Positions 21,467-33,758 of a stretch of 64,000 bases of DNA are shown one piece after another. Location of the stretch: assembly GCA_000002445.1 (NCBI GenBank), contig CP000066.1, positions 320,001 to 384,000 of the forward strand. The letters are read 5' to 3'. Source of the stretch: Trypanosoma brucei. Its lineage: Eukaryota. A program made the translations under genes and the position numbers. The first letter of the stretch is position 1. Every line of letters starts with the position of its first letter. The notes beneath the pieces are model-generated. The model was not told where the DNA came from. It searched no databases and saw only the letters and a list, made by a program, of their open reading frames with translations.

Positions 21467-23335
21467 TTGATGTGCTCTGTTGCACCGTTAGCTTCACACG
21501 GTACGGGATGTCCTGTCGCCGCTTGTATCGTGCGCTGCAAAAGACACCTTTCAGCTGTCGTGTGCCGCTTACGGAAGCTCAAAAGGTTGCGAAGTGGCCG
21601 CAACGTAACAACTTTCAACGCCAACTTTTACGAAGCGGTGGCTGAAGAGCGGCGCTACGGAGCATTTACGGATGGTGAACACTTTGACGACTGTACACTG
21701 CACCTGCGGCGGTGGATGTTGCGTCGTGTGACGTGTGCACCGACTTTCGCTACCTCTGTTACGGGTAGTGTAGAAACGAATGAAGTGCTAACAATGTGGA
21801 CAAAGTTGAGTGATGGTGGAGTTGTGTGGAATATTTTGCAAAAAGAGCAGCAGTGTTACGCAGTGCACTTCATAGGAGAGCTCTCATCTGATTTTGTTAA
21901 GGAGTTATTTAATTGTACCGTTGACGAATATCGCTCTGGTAGCCACAATGGTGTTGTGTTGTGTATTGTGCAGCAGTTGCGTGTGTACTCTGAAGCATGT
22001 TGTAGACCGGAGGATTTCCCACCACCTCTTTACGAGCTACGCGCTGCTGCCTTACGGACACAAGTTCTCCATCAGTGTGGCAGTGCCGGCGCGTTTCCCA
22101 CTTCTACAAAGTTGGGGAAACGGTCTGAGAATGGGTCGGACTGCTTTACGTTCTCGGAGTTGTTCGCTGGCATGGGTATGTTTCGTGTTGGGCTCGAGCG
22201 AATTGGTGGGAAGTGTGTCTTTGCGGTTGAGTGCGCACCTCACGCACGTAGTGTGTATCACGCTAACCACCATTTGCCAAGGCGTAATAGTTGTGGAAAT
22301 GAGGCATTACCAGCTACTCGTCGCCCTGTTCCACTCGTCGGCGATATCACCACTGTCCCTTCGCACTACTTCCCACACCACGATGTGTTAACAGCTGGTT
22401 TTCCGTGCCAAAGTTTCGCCAAAGCAGGATCCGCCACTGGTTTGCGCGATACAAAAGGGCAACTTTTTTATGAGGTCGTGCGAGTGATACAAAGCGCCAA
22501 GCCAAAGGGGTTCCTACTGGAAAACGTAGAAAATGTACTACATGTTGGGGGTGAAGATGGAGGCGAGGCCAACGCAAGCGAGGAATCGCAACATCACTTG
22601 AAGTTTATACTTGACGCGTTGCGGTCACCTTCGCCGGACAGTAATGAAGCGCTTACTTACGTCGTCGCGTATCGGGTTATTGATGGTGCTCTTGTGACCC
22701 CGCAGAGACGAAGACGTGCCTATTTTGTAGGAATCAGAGCTGATTTACCACGTGCAAACGCGAGGGATGTTGGTGCTGTGCTTGACGATGCTGTGCGACA
22801 GCTACGAGCATACAGAGATATGCACCCGGAAGCACCACGTTGCGTGAGGGATATCCTTGATTCCACGGGTGACACGAGCGAGATGGGGGAGTTCAATCAG
22901 TCTTTAGTATCGCTGCGTCTCACGGAGTCACAGTGGGCAGCAGTTCAGCGCAGTGTAACTTTCCGCCGATCCCCTTCGTGGCGCGTGTCTGATCTCAACG
23001 GGTTGGCACGGACTCTCATGGGAAGCTACCGCGCCAGCTATCAACTCTACTCGGAGTTTGTTCCTCTGCCTGACGGTGGGCCGCCCTTTCGCTTTTACTC
23101 AATTCGTGAATGTGCCCGACTTCAGGGCATTCCCGACTGGTTCTCCTTTAATGTTGTCTGTTATCCACTGTCTCTGGAGAAGTGCAACGGTAGGAGCGGT
23201 CCCTCTCATGGAAGTGATAAGGGCTGTGAAAGGTGTGTACCTGTGGGGGCGGTATACAAACTAATTGGAAATGCAGTGAATCCCATTGTTGTTGAGTGCT
23301 TGGGTCGTGCACTTTTAAGTCGTATCCTTAAGTAA
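21467..23335 (+). CDS. C5-cytosine methyltransferase of the DNMT6/TbDMT type, 622 aa, with a ~220-aa N-terminal extension of unknown function.
   Basis: Complete ordered motif set. Motif I FSELFAGMGMFRVGL (FxGxG). Motif IV GFPCQSFAKAG (catalytic PCQ). Motif VI LLENVENVL (ENV). Motif VIII QRRRRAYFVG (QxRxR). Motif IX RECARLQGIPDWF. Motif X YKLIGNAVNPIVVECLGRAL (GNAV). Confidence 0.8.
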   Translation: MMCSVAPLASHGTGCPVAACIVRCKRHLSAVVCRLRKLKRLRSGRNVTTFNANFYEAVAEERRYGAFTDGEHFDDCTLHLRRWMLRRVTCAPTFATSVTGSVETNEVLTMWTKLSDGGVVWNILQKEQQCYAVHFIGELSSDFVKELFNCTVDEYRSGSHNGVVLCIVQQLRVYSEACCRPEDFPPPLYELRAAALRTQVLHQCGSAGAFPTSTKLGKRSENGSDCFTFSELFAGMGMFRVGLERIGGKCVFAVECAPHARSVYHANHHLPRRNSCGNEALPATRRPVPLVGDITTVPSHYFPHHDVLTAGFPCQSFAKAGSATGLRDTKGQLFYEVVRVIQSAKPKGFLLENVENVLHVGGEDGGEANASEESQHHLKFILDALRSPSPDSNEALTYVVAYRVIDGALVTPQRRRRAYFVGIRADLPRANARDVGAVLDDAVRQLRAYRDMHPEAPRCVRDILDSTGDTSEMGEFNQSLVSLRLTESQWAAVQRSVTFRRSPSWRVSDLNGLARTLMGSYRASYQLYSEFVPLPDGGPPFRFYSIRECARLQGIPDWFSFNVVCYPLSLEKCNGRSGPSHGSDKGCERCVPVGAVYKLIGNAVNPIVVECLGRALLSRILK

Positions 23336-23636
23336 CCCTGTTGACGGTTCGTTGGTGGCAAAACACTAAATGTGTTGGATGCACCATTTCACGGAGGGTC
23401 GCCGGGTGTTGTTGTTACATTCATTCATATGGATTTGCACTACTTATCTCACTTTCCGTCGTCACCTCAACTGATGTATGTCTTACATGCATGTGGACGC
23501 ATCATACCCCTAGCGCGCAAACAATTGTCCCTCTTCCTTCATTATTTCCTCTCACTTTCCTGTACGAATACTTTAATTTGTCACTGCTGGTTATAAAGCT
23601 CCAAGTTTCTTTTCGTCGTAGCAAACTACCGCAGCG

Positions 23637-23978
23637 ATGCCACCAAAGAAGGGAGGGAAGGACACCAAGCAGGCGCCCAAGAAGGGCAAGATGGAGAACC
23701 TCAACAAGGGTGCCAAGAAGGCTGCAAAGAAGTGGTCTAAGGGCCGTACCCGTGAGGCACTTCAGAACGCCGTCATGTTCGACAAGGAAACGATGGACAA
23801 ACTCATGAAGGAAGTACCGAAGTACAAGGTTATCACACCATCCATCATCAGTGACCGTCTGAAGATCTCCGTGGCTCTTGCCGGGAAGGGGCTCCAGCAC
23901 TTGTGCAGACAGGGGCTCATTCGGTTGGTTTCATGCAGCAGCAAGTTTCGCGTTTACACGCGCGCTGCTACCGCATAA
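23637..23978 (+). CDS. RPS25: 40S ribosomal protein S25 (eS25).
   Basis: 113-aa Lys-rich protein MPPKKGGKDTKQAPKK…KWSKGRTREALQNAVMFDKETMDKLMKEVPKYKVITPSIISDRLKI, which is typical of eS25. Short pyrimidine-rich leader. Confidence 0.9.
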   Translation: MPPKKGGKDTKQAPKKGKMENLNKGAKKAAKKWSKGRTREALQNAVMFDKETMDKLMKEVPKYKVITPSIISDRLKISVALAGKGLQHLCRQGLIRLVSCSSKFRVYTRAATA

Positions 23979-24458
23979 AGAAGAGTGGATGCGTGCGAGC
24001 TGCCACTGCCACTCTTCTTTTCTCATCTGTTCATGAGCGCCTTCTCGCCCCTTGATGGCGTCTAGTCAACACTGTGAGGCCGACAAAGAAACTTGAGCAG
24101 AGAAAAGGGGTGGTAGTCCAAATTATTTTTTGGTACATCCTTTTTTCTTTTCATTTTCTCCTTTTTGTTTGACTGTCCAATAAAGAATAATGTCTTCTGC
24201 TGTTGTATGCGGAAGCACGGAGGTTTCGTGCGACTGTTTGTGGTTGACTGCTACAAACCTTTTGTTATGAGCATCACACCCATCTACTTGACCGTTTTTT
24301 TTTCACCTATTTTCTTTTTTCTGTTTGATTATCTGTGCATGTGGCACTAAACAGGTTTATTCCAGTCCTTGTGATTCTCCTCGTCTCACAAAGTAACATA
24401 TCTAGAGAAGAAGTAACCGGAGTTAATTTGTAATAATCTGTCGATAACGGACAAGTAA

Positions 24459-26042
<1,584 letters not shown>

Positions 26043-27491
26043 ATGCAGATACATTCTCTTTCTTTTACGATGCTGTTTAAAGCGTGGATGTGCGGACGTT
26101 ACTCAGACGGTGCGTGTGGTTGGGTCCAATCATTGGTTATGTTATATCTGACAGCGGAAGCCACTAAGGAGTTAAGTAATCGCACGAGGACAGGATGTTT
26201 AAAGCTTGGCTGGGGTTCGTAGGGTTAGGGTATATTAGGAAGTGGGACAAAGGAATCAGTATGCGGCGCACGTATGACAGTAGAGATGATCATTCATCGA
26301 AAAGTGTTCACGAAGGTGGTGGCACTTAAGTGAACTAATGAGAAAATGCTGGTACCTGAAGCGGAGAGCGCTAAGTTGCATGCAAGAGGGTGATGGCGGT
26401 TTATCGGCCGTGTGCGGTTTGTTGATTCCTGAGGTCTTAACGTGGATGAAGTGGGACAAAATGAGAGTGTGTAAATGACGTGTGGCGAACCGACGTATCG
26501 GATTATTTAGGACTACTTGTAGTAAAAGAAACGCAGGAAAGTGAAAGGAGAGGGATAAGCTCCGCTTGTGGCGTGCCGACATCTGAAAAAATTTGTGCGG
26601 TGTAGTGGGAACGCCAACACCATAAGCATTGTTATGTACGACTGACGGACATTGACGGTAGCGGACAATAATGGGAAAAAGAATCGCTGGGCGAATGGCG
26701 GGAAACAAAAACAAGGTTGACTGGGAAGGGCGAGCAGTTGGGAGTATTAGAAGATGGCAGGGAAGTGGACACCACAGGAGGAAGTGAGGTAATTTGTTTA
26801 CCTTCGCAGATGGTGGGAGGTTTGTCACCTCACTTCACCCTTTCTCATTTTTTAAATACTTCTCTATCATCCCGGGGCCCTCTATCTGAGCGTGAGCAGC
26901 TGGGCTTCATTCATCATTTGTTTTTGTGTTGCTGATGTGCATTAACCACTAAAACAGTGCGTACTTCTACGGGATGCTTTACTGTTTTTTTTTATGTTCG
27001 AAGGAAGTGTACTTCGCTGTTGTCGTTGGGCATGATCCATCTGCTTTGTGAGTAACCTCTTTTTCTCATGCGGCTCCTTTCTCCCCCTTTTCCTCGTTTC
27101 ATTGTTTACCTTCCCGGAATTTGCTTGCCGTTTTTTTTGGTGCTGATGCGACGCGTATTATCTTTCGGTTGCTTCGTTCATTGCTCCATTTGCTTCGCTT
27201 TGACTTTCTCTTCCCTTGTCAGTTGATAGAAGTGATTGAACCCTTATATTTGCCTGCACTGTTGGTGACGTGTAGCTGCGTTTGCAGGGGACCACAGAGT
27301 AAACACTGTGCGAAGAAAGAGAAGACATTAACTGTTCATATCTTTTAGGAAAGGATCAGTGAAGGTGCCGTCCGGGAGACATTGAAATATACAGAGATAT
27401 ACGTATATTTATTTGTGTTAGCGGCAACCGAAGGTGCAGATTTGTGTAGACGTGTGACTCTTTGAGTAATTGGTGGGAGTAAACGGTACAG

Positions 27492-28928
27492 ATGTTGAAC
27501 TGGTGGCTCATAGTACTTATCGTTGTATGTTCTCTTTTGTGCCTTGCGATCGCCATATACGTGCTTTACTACTTCTCCTCGGAGGATGATCACGAGGGGA
27601 GCTATTTAACCAAAGTGATTATAGTTTTCGGCATACTTTTGGCTATAGGAGTGGTACTTTTGCTTCCCTTTGATGCCTCTAACGCCAGGGACCCCACTGT
27701 GGGAAGTAAATACGTTAACACGCTGAATACAGACCTCATGTGGGAGATTGTCTTGTGGTCACTTGCTGTCATGGCACTGGTGGTTGTTCCTTTTACAGTA
27801 TTTTTCTACGAGGCATATGATCCCGATGATGAGAGCTTCTCCAAACAGTGCGGGCAAGCGATCACTTTAACACTCATTGTATCCTTTGTGTTCATTGTAA
27901 TAACTGCCGTCTGCTTTTTGAGTTTTGGTACGGCACTTGTTCCAGTGGAGTTATATGAGGCTCTGCCGCAGATAGTAGATGACATTGACAGAGTGTCGTA
28001 TAATACCACCAGTGACAAGGACAAGTTTGAAGTGCATGTGAGTATATTCACCTACGTTGTTGGTGAACTCTGTCTTGTTGGGTGGATTGCATTCTTCTTT
28101 TACGCTGGTGTAGGACTTGTTTCGGTTCCCGTCGATTTAATCCGTGGCTTTATAAATCGGCCGAAACCGATAAGTGGATCCACCTTTGCACAGGAGATGG
28201 CCGTTATCGCAGCAAAGGGAGACACACTGCTTTCGGTAGCGCTTGCCCTTCAGAACGAGGCGCGGGGTAAAGTTCCAAGGTCAATGCGGAATAAAATTTC
28301 ATTTCTGCGTGCTGAGACACATGTTCTGGAGGAGGAACAGGAGGAACTCATATGGAACTATAAAAAGGTGGGCGGGTCACCGTTCATCGTCTATGGAAAG
28401 CTTCTGATCGGAATTTTGTCTGTCGCCCTCAGCATTTCCTGGGTATTGCAAATATTTCTGCACAATACATTCAAAATAGTGCCATTTCTTAGTACACTGG
28501 TTACCGCGCTGGATGAGGTGTTTCCACTTTTTGGTATCATAACCTATGGTATATTTGCTTTCTACTTGGTGTGGATTACGCTAGAAGGTCAAATCCGTGT
28601 TGGGCTGCGATTTGTTTTCTTTCAGATCCATCCCATGAAACCACATGATACGACTCTTAACTCTATTGTGTTTAACGTGGGTTTGCTGCTCCTTACGAGT
28701 TATGCCATCCTGCAGTTCACTACGCGCTCCTTCAACGAATACATCCCACGGACCTCAATCAATGCCCTGATGAATCTGTACGTGATGAACCTTAAGGGCA
28801 TCGGAGTTGCCGTAGAGTGGGCGCAGTTTTGTCTTCTTGGCGTTTCATTCTTGGGACTTCTGTTTGTACTTGCATGCCCTGCGAAAAATGCGGCAGCGCG
28901 ACCCAAGAAGCCAAACTATTCAACATAA
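27492..28928 (+). CDS. Polytopic membrane protein with ~9 TM segments, LMBR1-like (LIMR family), putative.
   Basis: Nine hydrophobic segments with a central cytoplasmic loop of ~85 aa containing a charged coiled stretch (ETHVLEEEQEELIWNYKK). This architecture is typical of LMBR1-domain proteins. No enzymatic motif. Confidence 0.45.
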   Translation: MLNWWLIVLIVVCSLLCLAIAIYVLYYFSSEDDHEGSYLTKVIIVFGILLAIGVVLLLPFDASNARDPTVGSKYVNTLNTDLMWEIVLWSLAVMALVVVPFTVFFYEAYDPDDESFSKQCGQAITLTLIVSFVFIVITAVCFLSFGTALVPVELYEALPQIVDDIDRVSYNTTSDKDKFEVHVSIFTYVVGELCLVGWIAFFFYAGVGLVSVPVDLIRGFINRPKPISGSTFAQEMAVIAAKGDTLLSVALALQNEARGKVPRSMRNKISFLRAETHVLEEEQEELIWNYKKVGGSPFIVYGKLLIGILSVALSISWVLQIFLHNTFKIVPFLSTLVTALDEVFPLFGIITYGIFAFYLVWITLEGQIRVGLRFVFFQIHPMKPHDTTLNSIVFNVGLLLLTSYAILQFTTRSFNEYIPRTSINALMNLYVMNLKGIGVAVEWAQFCLLGVSFLGLLFVLACPAKNAAARPKKPNYST

Positions 28929-30390
28929 AGGCCAGTTCGTGCGTTTTTGATTGAGTGTATAAGTGGATGTGCTTGGTGTAGATATGATTCCAACCTCGTG
29001 CAAATATCACAAGTAATCAAAAGGTTTCAGTCGCTGGGTTGCAGACGGGTGTTTTTGAATGATAACAAGTGAGCGGAGCCGGGCCCCATGATGTTTGGTT
29101 TTGTTCTTTAAGCCCCACTCCCTCACTTCTCTATCCCTTTTTGTTTATTTATCTTTGTTTTTGTGGTGGGACGATGGAACCCTACGTGAGCTGTGTTTTG
29201 TTCTCTTCATGAGAATTGTATTGTGGTGGTGGAGGTGGTATGGGCCGGCGATGATTTTTTATTTCCAATGTGCTCATACTTGCCGCACTTTTTGTCTCTT
29301 TACTGACCCGCGGTGTGGCGGTCATTCATTTTGTTTGAAGAAGTGATGAATGGTTCGTTGTCGTTATTGCTAATGTTCATGCGCGGTGCCTACTTTAAGC
29401 GTTGGTTTTATTGCTCTCCACACTTCGTTCTACGCGACATTTCTTTTTTTTTTTTTCAATCCCCTGCTGCTTCCCACTTCATAGGACTCTTTGGTGACAT
29501 CTACCGATTCAAAGTTTCCCTTTGCTCTCCTCCACAAGTGCGTGGTGATGTGCTACCAAAAGGATTGCCAAGTTGTATTGTCTCTTTCCATTCTTTAAGT
29601 TTTCCTAAATATTGGTACAACCGTTATTACTTTTAGCGAGTGAAAGGGGCAGCGTTGGAAAGCATAGGGAAATGAATGTGTCGGTATGAAATTAACGCTT
29701 GGAGACAAGGTGTTGTGGCTTTTTGCAAAACGAATCCCAGAGCGCAGGTCTATCCTTGCATTTGTTTCTTATGTTTCTCTCATTACCTCAATTTTGTCTC
29801 TCTTTACTTTCTTTTTTTACTTTTTGTCGTTGTCTAATCCCTTTGTTCGCTTGAACCATCGGGAAGGAAAATTACACACAAAACATTACTAGTAGTAGCG
29901 GTTAGTGGGAGAGTCGGGGGAAAAAAAACGACAGAAAGGGGAAGAGAGAAAGCAAGTGAAGGCATCAAAAGGGGCATTTAATACGTAGCAGTGGAGGAAA
30001 AGGAAAGTTTCAAATCAATCAATCGCTGAGTAAGTTTTCACCGGGTAAACAAGCACCAGCGGTTGACAGAAGCAGCTTTGTGGTCAGAAGTGTTTGAGTA
30101 TAAAACTTGTACGACGTACAGAAAGAAAGTTGATCCATCTATATCAACTAATTAATTTATATATACATACAGACAGATAGATAGTTATATAAATCAATCC
30201 GGAATCCGAAAGGGAAGCTGCCGGAACCGAAGGTGCTGAAGTTCATTGAAAAGAGAATATTGCGTATCACACACTTTCCAAGACACGGCAATTAATCTTG
30301 GTATCGGCACCAGGTTATTATTCCACTTCTATCTATCTATCTCACTTACTTTCTCCCTTACACACGATCACTTTCGTAGCAGTCTGCACG

Positions 30391-31395
30391 ATGACCCACA
30401 ATGTGATGTGTGATGATGTGTTGCCGCAGCTAAACCTTCCAGATGGTGTAACTAGGTGGAATGCGAATTTGCTTGAGGAGGAGCGACGTCTCCGAAATAG
30501 TGACGGACATGCTGACCGAATAATATTGACAATTAATACTCTTGGGAAGCGTAGCAAGGAGGCGCAGTCGCTGAATACCATACTCACCTCCGTACCGCGT
30601 TTGCGAGAAAACAGAGACGCCCGTCTTTATTTGCTCTGCCATGGTGGCCGGGGCGTTGGAATTTTAAAGATTGGAGTGAAGAGGTTATTCGTGGTGCCGC
30701 CGTCGCACGCGGGGCTGATGGAAATTGAACCCGTGTGCGTCCTGGACTTCTTTGTTGATACCAGCAACCAGCGGCAGGGCTACGGGAAGATTCTTTTTGA
30801 ACATATGTTGGCGTTTGAGCGGCTGAGCCCAGGTGACGTGGCCATTGACCGCCCAAGTGTCAAGTTTCTAGCATTTCTGCGAAAGCATTACGGACTGGTA
30901 GAGTACACCCCTCAGTCCAATAATTTCGTAGTGTTTCACAAGTATTTCGAGCGTCACCAGCAGCAGCGGCGTGGAGTTGGAGGTTCCGGTCGCTCTGGTT
31001 ACCAGCACTGCAACGAGACTACAACACAGCAGTTGGGAACTCAAAGTGGGTTACTGGAGGATATAAATCAAACTCATCCGGCGCCTAGTTATGCCTTGCG
31101 GGGTGTTGTTATGGGTCACACCGGCCCACCATTAGATCTTACCAATGTTACCCAACAGCAGAAACCATACCATCAACCTTTCGCAACAGGGAGGAAAACA
31201 TCGTATGAATTGCAGTACGAACGGTACCTGCAAAGTCAAAATTGCCGGCCAACCGGGAATGCGGGATATGGTGGTGGGAATGGACCTGCATCTTCAGCGG
31301 AGGTGCGTGCTACAAATTGTCAGGCACGACGCCGCACATCACCAACGCGAAGTGGTGTACCGTACAATATAATCAATGGGTCTACGGGATCTTAG
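30391..31395 (+). CDS. ATAT: Alpha-tubulin N-acetyltransferase (MEC-17/αTAT1 family).
   Basis: [59 protein letters not shown] aligns residue-for-residue with the αTAT1 core ([30 protein letters not shown]…IDRPSQKLLKFLNKHYNL). Start placed at the in-frame ATG at 30391. The upstream part of the maximal ORF (from 30298) is translation of the pyrimidine tract. Confidence 0.8.
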
Positions 31396-31468
31396 TTCCA
31401 TGTGGTAGGTGTCGAGAAAGGTAACAACACCAACATCTGAAAGGCTTGTCGAGTATGTTTTTTTTTTC

Positions 31469-31480
<12 letters not shown>

Positions 31481-31516
<36 letters not shown>
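31481..31516. repeat. Compound (GT)n(TA)n(TG)n microsatellite in the 3' region of the αTAT gene.
   Basis: Direct reading: gtgtgtgtatatatatatatatatatatatgtgtgtgtgtgtgt. Confidence 0.95.
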
Positions 31517-32348
31517 AGAAGAATAAAACGGAAAAGGGAGAGTGGAAAGGTTGAAGAGAGAGAGGGAGAGAATGGAGAAAAGGAAGAGAGATTCTGCAAA
31601 TAGTTGATTTTCAGTTTTGGTTTCACTTCGTGTGGTACCGAAAGGTTTTTTTTTTATCTGAGGGCTGTGCGTCCGGGACACGTCAAAGTTATTTGAAAGT
31701 GATGTTTTTGTTTTTTTTGGTGTCCTCTTCTTCTTTCGTTTATTTACCGTTTGCCCAAAATCTGCCGCTTCATGCATGTCTTACCTTTCTCCACTTCTTT
31801 TTTGATGTTGACTCTCCTCCCCTAACCCTAACTACTATTTAATTTTGCTTTATCTTTTTTTTTGCCTGTGTCATCTCTGCGGACCTGTTGCCTCCTTATC
31901 ATTTGTTTCTTGCATTCTCTTTTAATAGTATGTGTAGCATCTTAAGGGATTGCCTGCTGGAAGGGGAAAAGAATTATTTGATGGCACACAAACTGCGGTA
32001 AGTTGAAGTGTAATCCCAATAGGGTCACGTCACCGTTATTTGTTAGCTGTAAAATTTTCTTTACATACTGTCAGTTTAAATTGACCGCTGCAGTTGTGAT
32101 TTGTAATCATATATTATAGGGGGACGAGAGGAGAGGATGTGTATTATTGTTTCTACGGTGAATGTGGGACGGTAACTTGAGTATAACCAATAGCAACAAG
32201 AAAGGATCTATTTTTTTTTGTTTTTGTTTTTGGTGTTTTATGAAGGGTCTGTAGGTTCAAGAAGACGACTTGAGCGTGGTTTCTTCTTCTTGTGCCCTTG
32301 AATTAAGTTAATGATGGTCGTGAATTGCATCGTGTGCCCTTATGTATG

Positions 32349-32368
32349 TATATATATATATATATATA
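32349..32368. repeat. (TA)10 microsatellite.
   Basis: Direct reading. Confidence 0.9.
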
Positions 32369-32869
32369 CGGGTGCTTGTGTTTGTATCAGTGAGATGCAG
32401 GGAAACCATGAAGGCGAACACAACGGAATGTCTAACTGATCCCCCTTTACGTGTAGCGTGTTTCACATTGCTCCGTCTTGTGTTGATGTTTATTGTTTAG
32501 GGGTGGCAGAACGTTGAAAGGTTATTGCATGACTTAATAACAAATAATTGAAACGAAAAGAACTAAGCTGGTGAAACGGATTAGTGGCCACTCCGTTTCA
32601 GAAACAGTGTATGACACTTTAAACTGCATTGTGTTGAGTGATGGGTGAGATGGCTTCCTTATTGTGTTACTGTGCAAGTAAGTTTTGAGTACACGCTAAA
32701 TCCGAATACATCAATCCTTTTTTTTTTCGAATTTCCCATTATGTTCACACAAGTAAACGTCTATTTCATACGCAGTTAGTTGTGAATTAGACCTTTATTA
32801 TCGCTATCAAACAATTGTTACCAAACATACATAAAGGGGGGAGGTTTATTTATTTATATATTTTGAACA

Positions 32870-33367
32870 ATGCCGCGTCCCTTTGGTGTGTGGGCTCCTG
32901 CGACAACCCTCGCGGAGTACCGCGCCCGTATTCCTGGTATGAGCAATTTTAAGCTGCGATGGGTATTTGGTGCTCGGCGAGAGGTTTATTACCACCCGGA
33001 GGCACTTGCTCACTTTAAGGACCATCAACAATATAAAGACGCTGTGGATACCGTACGTGCAATGCGCACTTCCGACAAGTTCTTCGGTGAGGGCGTCAAG
33101 TTACCGCACCACCCCCTCATTAAGATGGGTGTTATATTGTCGATTCATGGTTATTTGACGTACTGCTGCCTGCGATATTACTATGGTACGCATGTTCCGG
33201 CCAATAATCCAACATGGAGAAAAATTGTGAACAAGGAGTGGGAGGAGGCAATTAACAACTCTCCATGGGATCATATGTCGCACGTGTGGCAATACAGTGA
33301 TCAATACGCGTCGTCCATTGGCGAGGCGGCAGCCCTGGGCAGACGTAAGTTCTATATTCCTGCCTAG
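32870..33367 (+). CDS. Hypothetical small single-pass membrane protein of 165 aa. Possibly a mitochondrial respiratory/ATP-synthase accessory subunit.
   Basis: One hydrophobic segment IKMGVILSIHGYLTYCCLRYYYG flanked by Trp/Tyr-rich soluble parts. Position next to other housekeeping genes. No confident family match by eye. Confidence 0.4.
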   Translation: MPRPFGVWAPATTLAEYRARIPGMSNFKLRWVFGARREVYYHPEALAHFKDHQQYKDAVDTVRAMRTSDKFFGEGVKLPHHPLIKMGVILSIHGYLTYCCLRYYYGTHVPANNPTWRKIVNKEWEEAINNSPWDHMSHVWQYSDQYASSIGEAAALGRRKFYIPA

Positions 33368-33758
33368 TACAATATGCATGGATGTTAAATTATCTCCGTT
33401 GTCGTTCGTTCGTTTATTGGTTCCTTTGGGCTATTATTATTTTTCCTTCTTGTTTAGTAGCACTAGTAGGTAGGGTTATCGATTCGGTGAAGACGATGTA
33501 ATATTATGTTATTATAATCATTATTATTATTATTTGCGAGAATGGAGCCAAACATTAGTAAAAGAAAGTTGGAAATCAGGGGAAACATATGTGTGCATTT
33601 TCTTTTTGTATTGAAGGTCTTATGTTACACGCCAAAAACGTTCACAACTGCATTCCGTATATTTATGTTGTCTCACTTTTAATTTTTGTATTCTGTTTAT
33701 TTTTGCGATTTACATGCTTCTCCTTATCCCTCTGTATGTTTAGTGGGGGGAAAACAGA

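Noticed and set aside
21894-22391. 165-aa + strand ORF in an alternative frame inside the DNMT gene
   Set aside because: The main frame carries the complete methyltransferase motif set. The alternate frame is Cys/Leu-rich noise.
30298-30390. N-terminal 31 codons of the maximal αTAT ORF ([31 protein letters not shown])
   Set aside because: They are translation of the ctatctatctatctcacttactttctccc pyrimidine tract that serves as a splice-acceptor signal. The conserved domain starts after the ATG at 30391.
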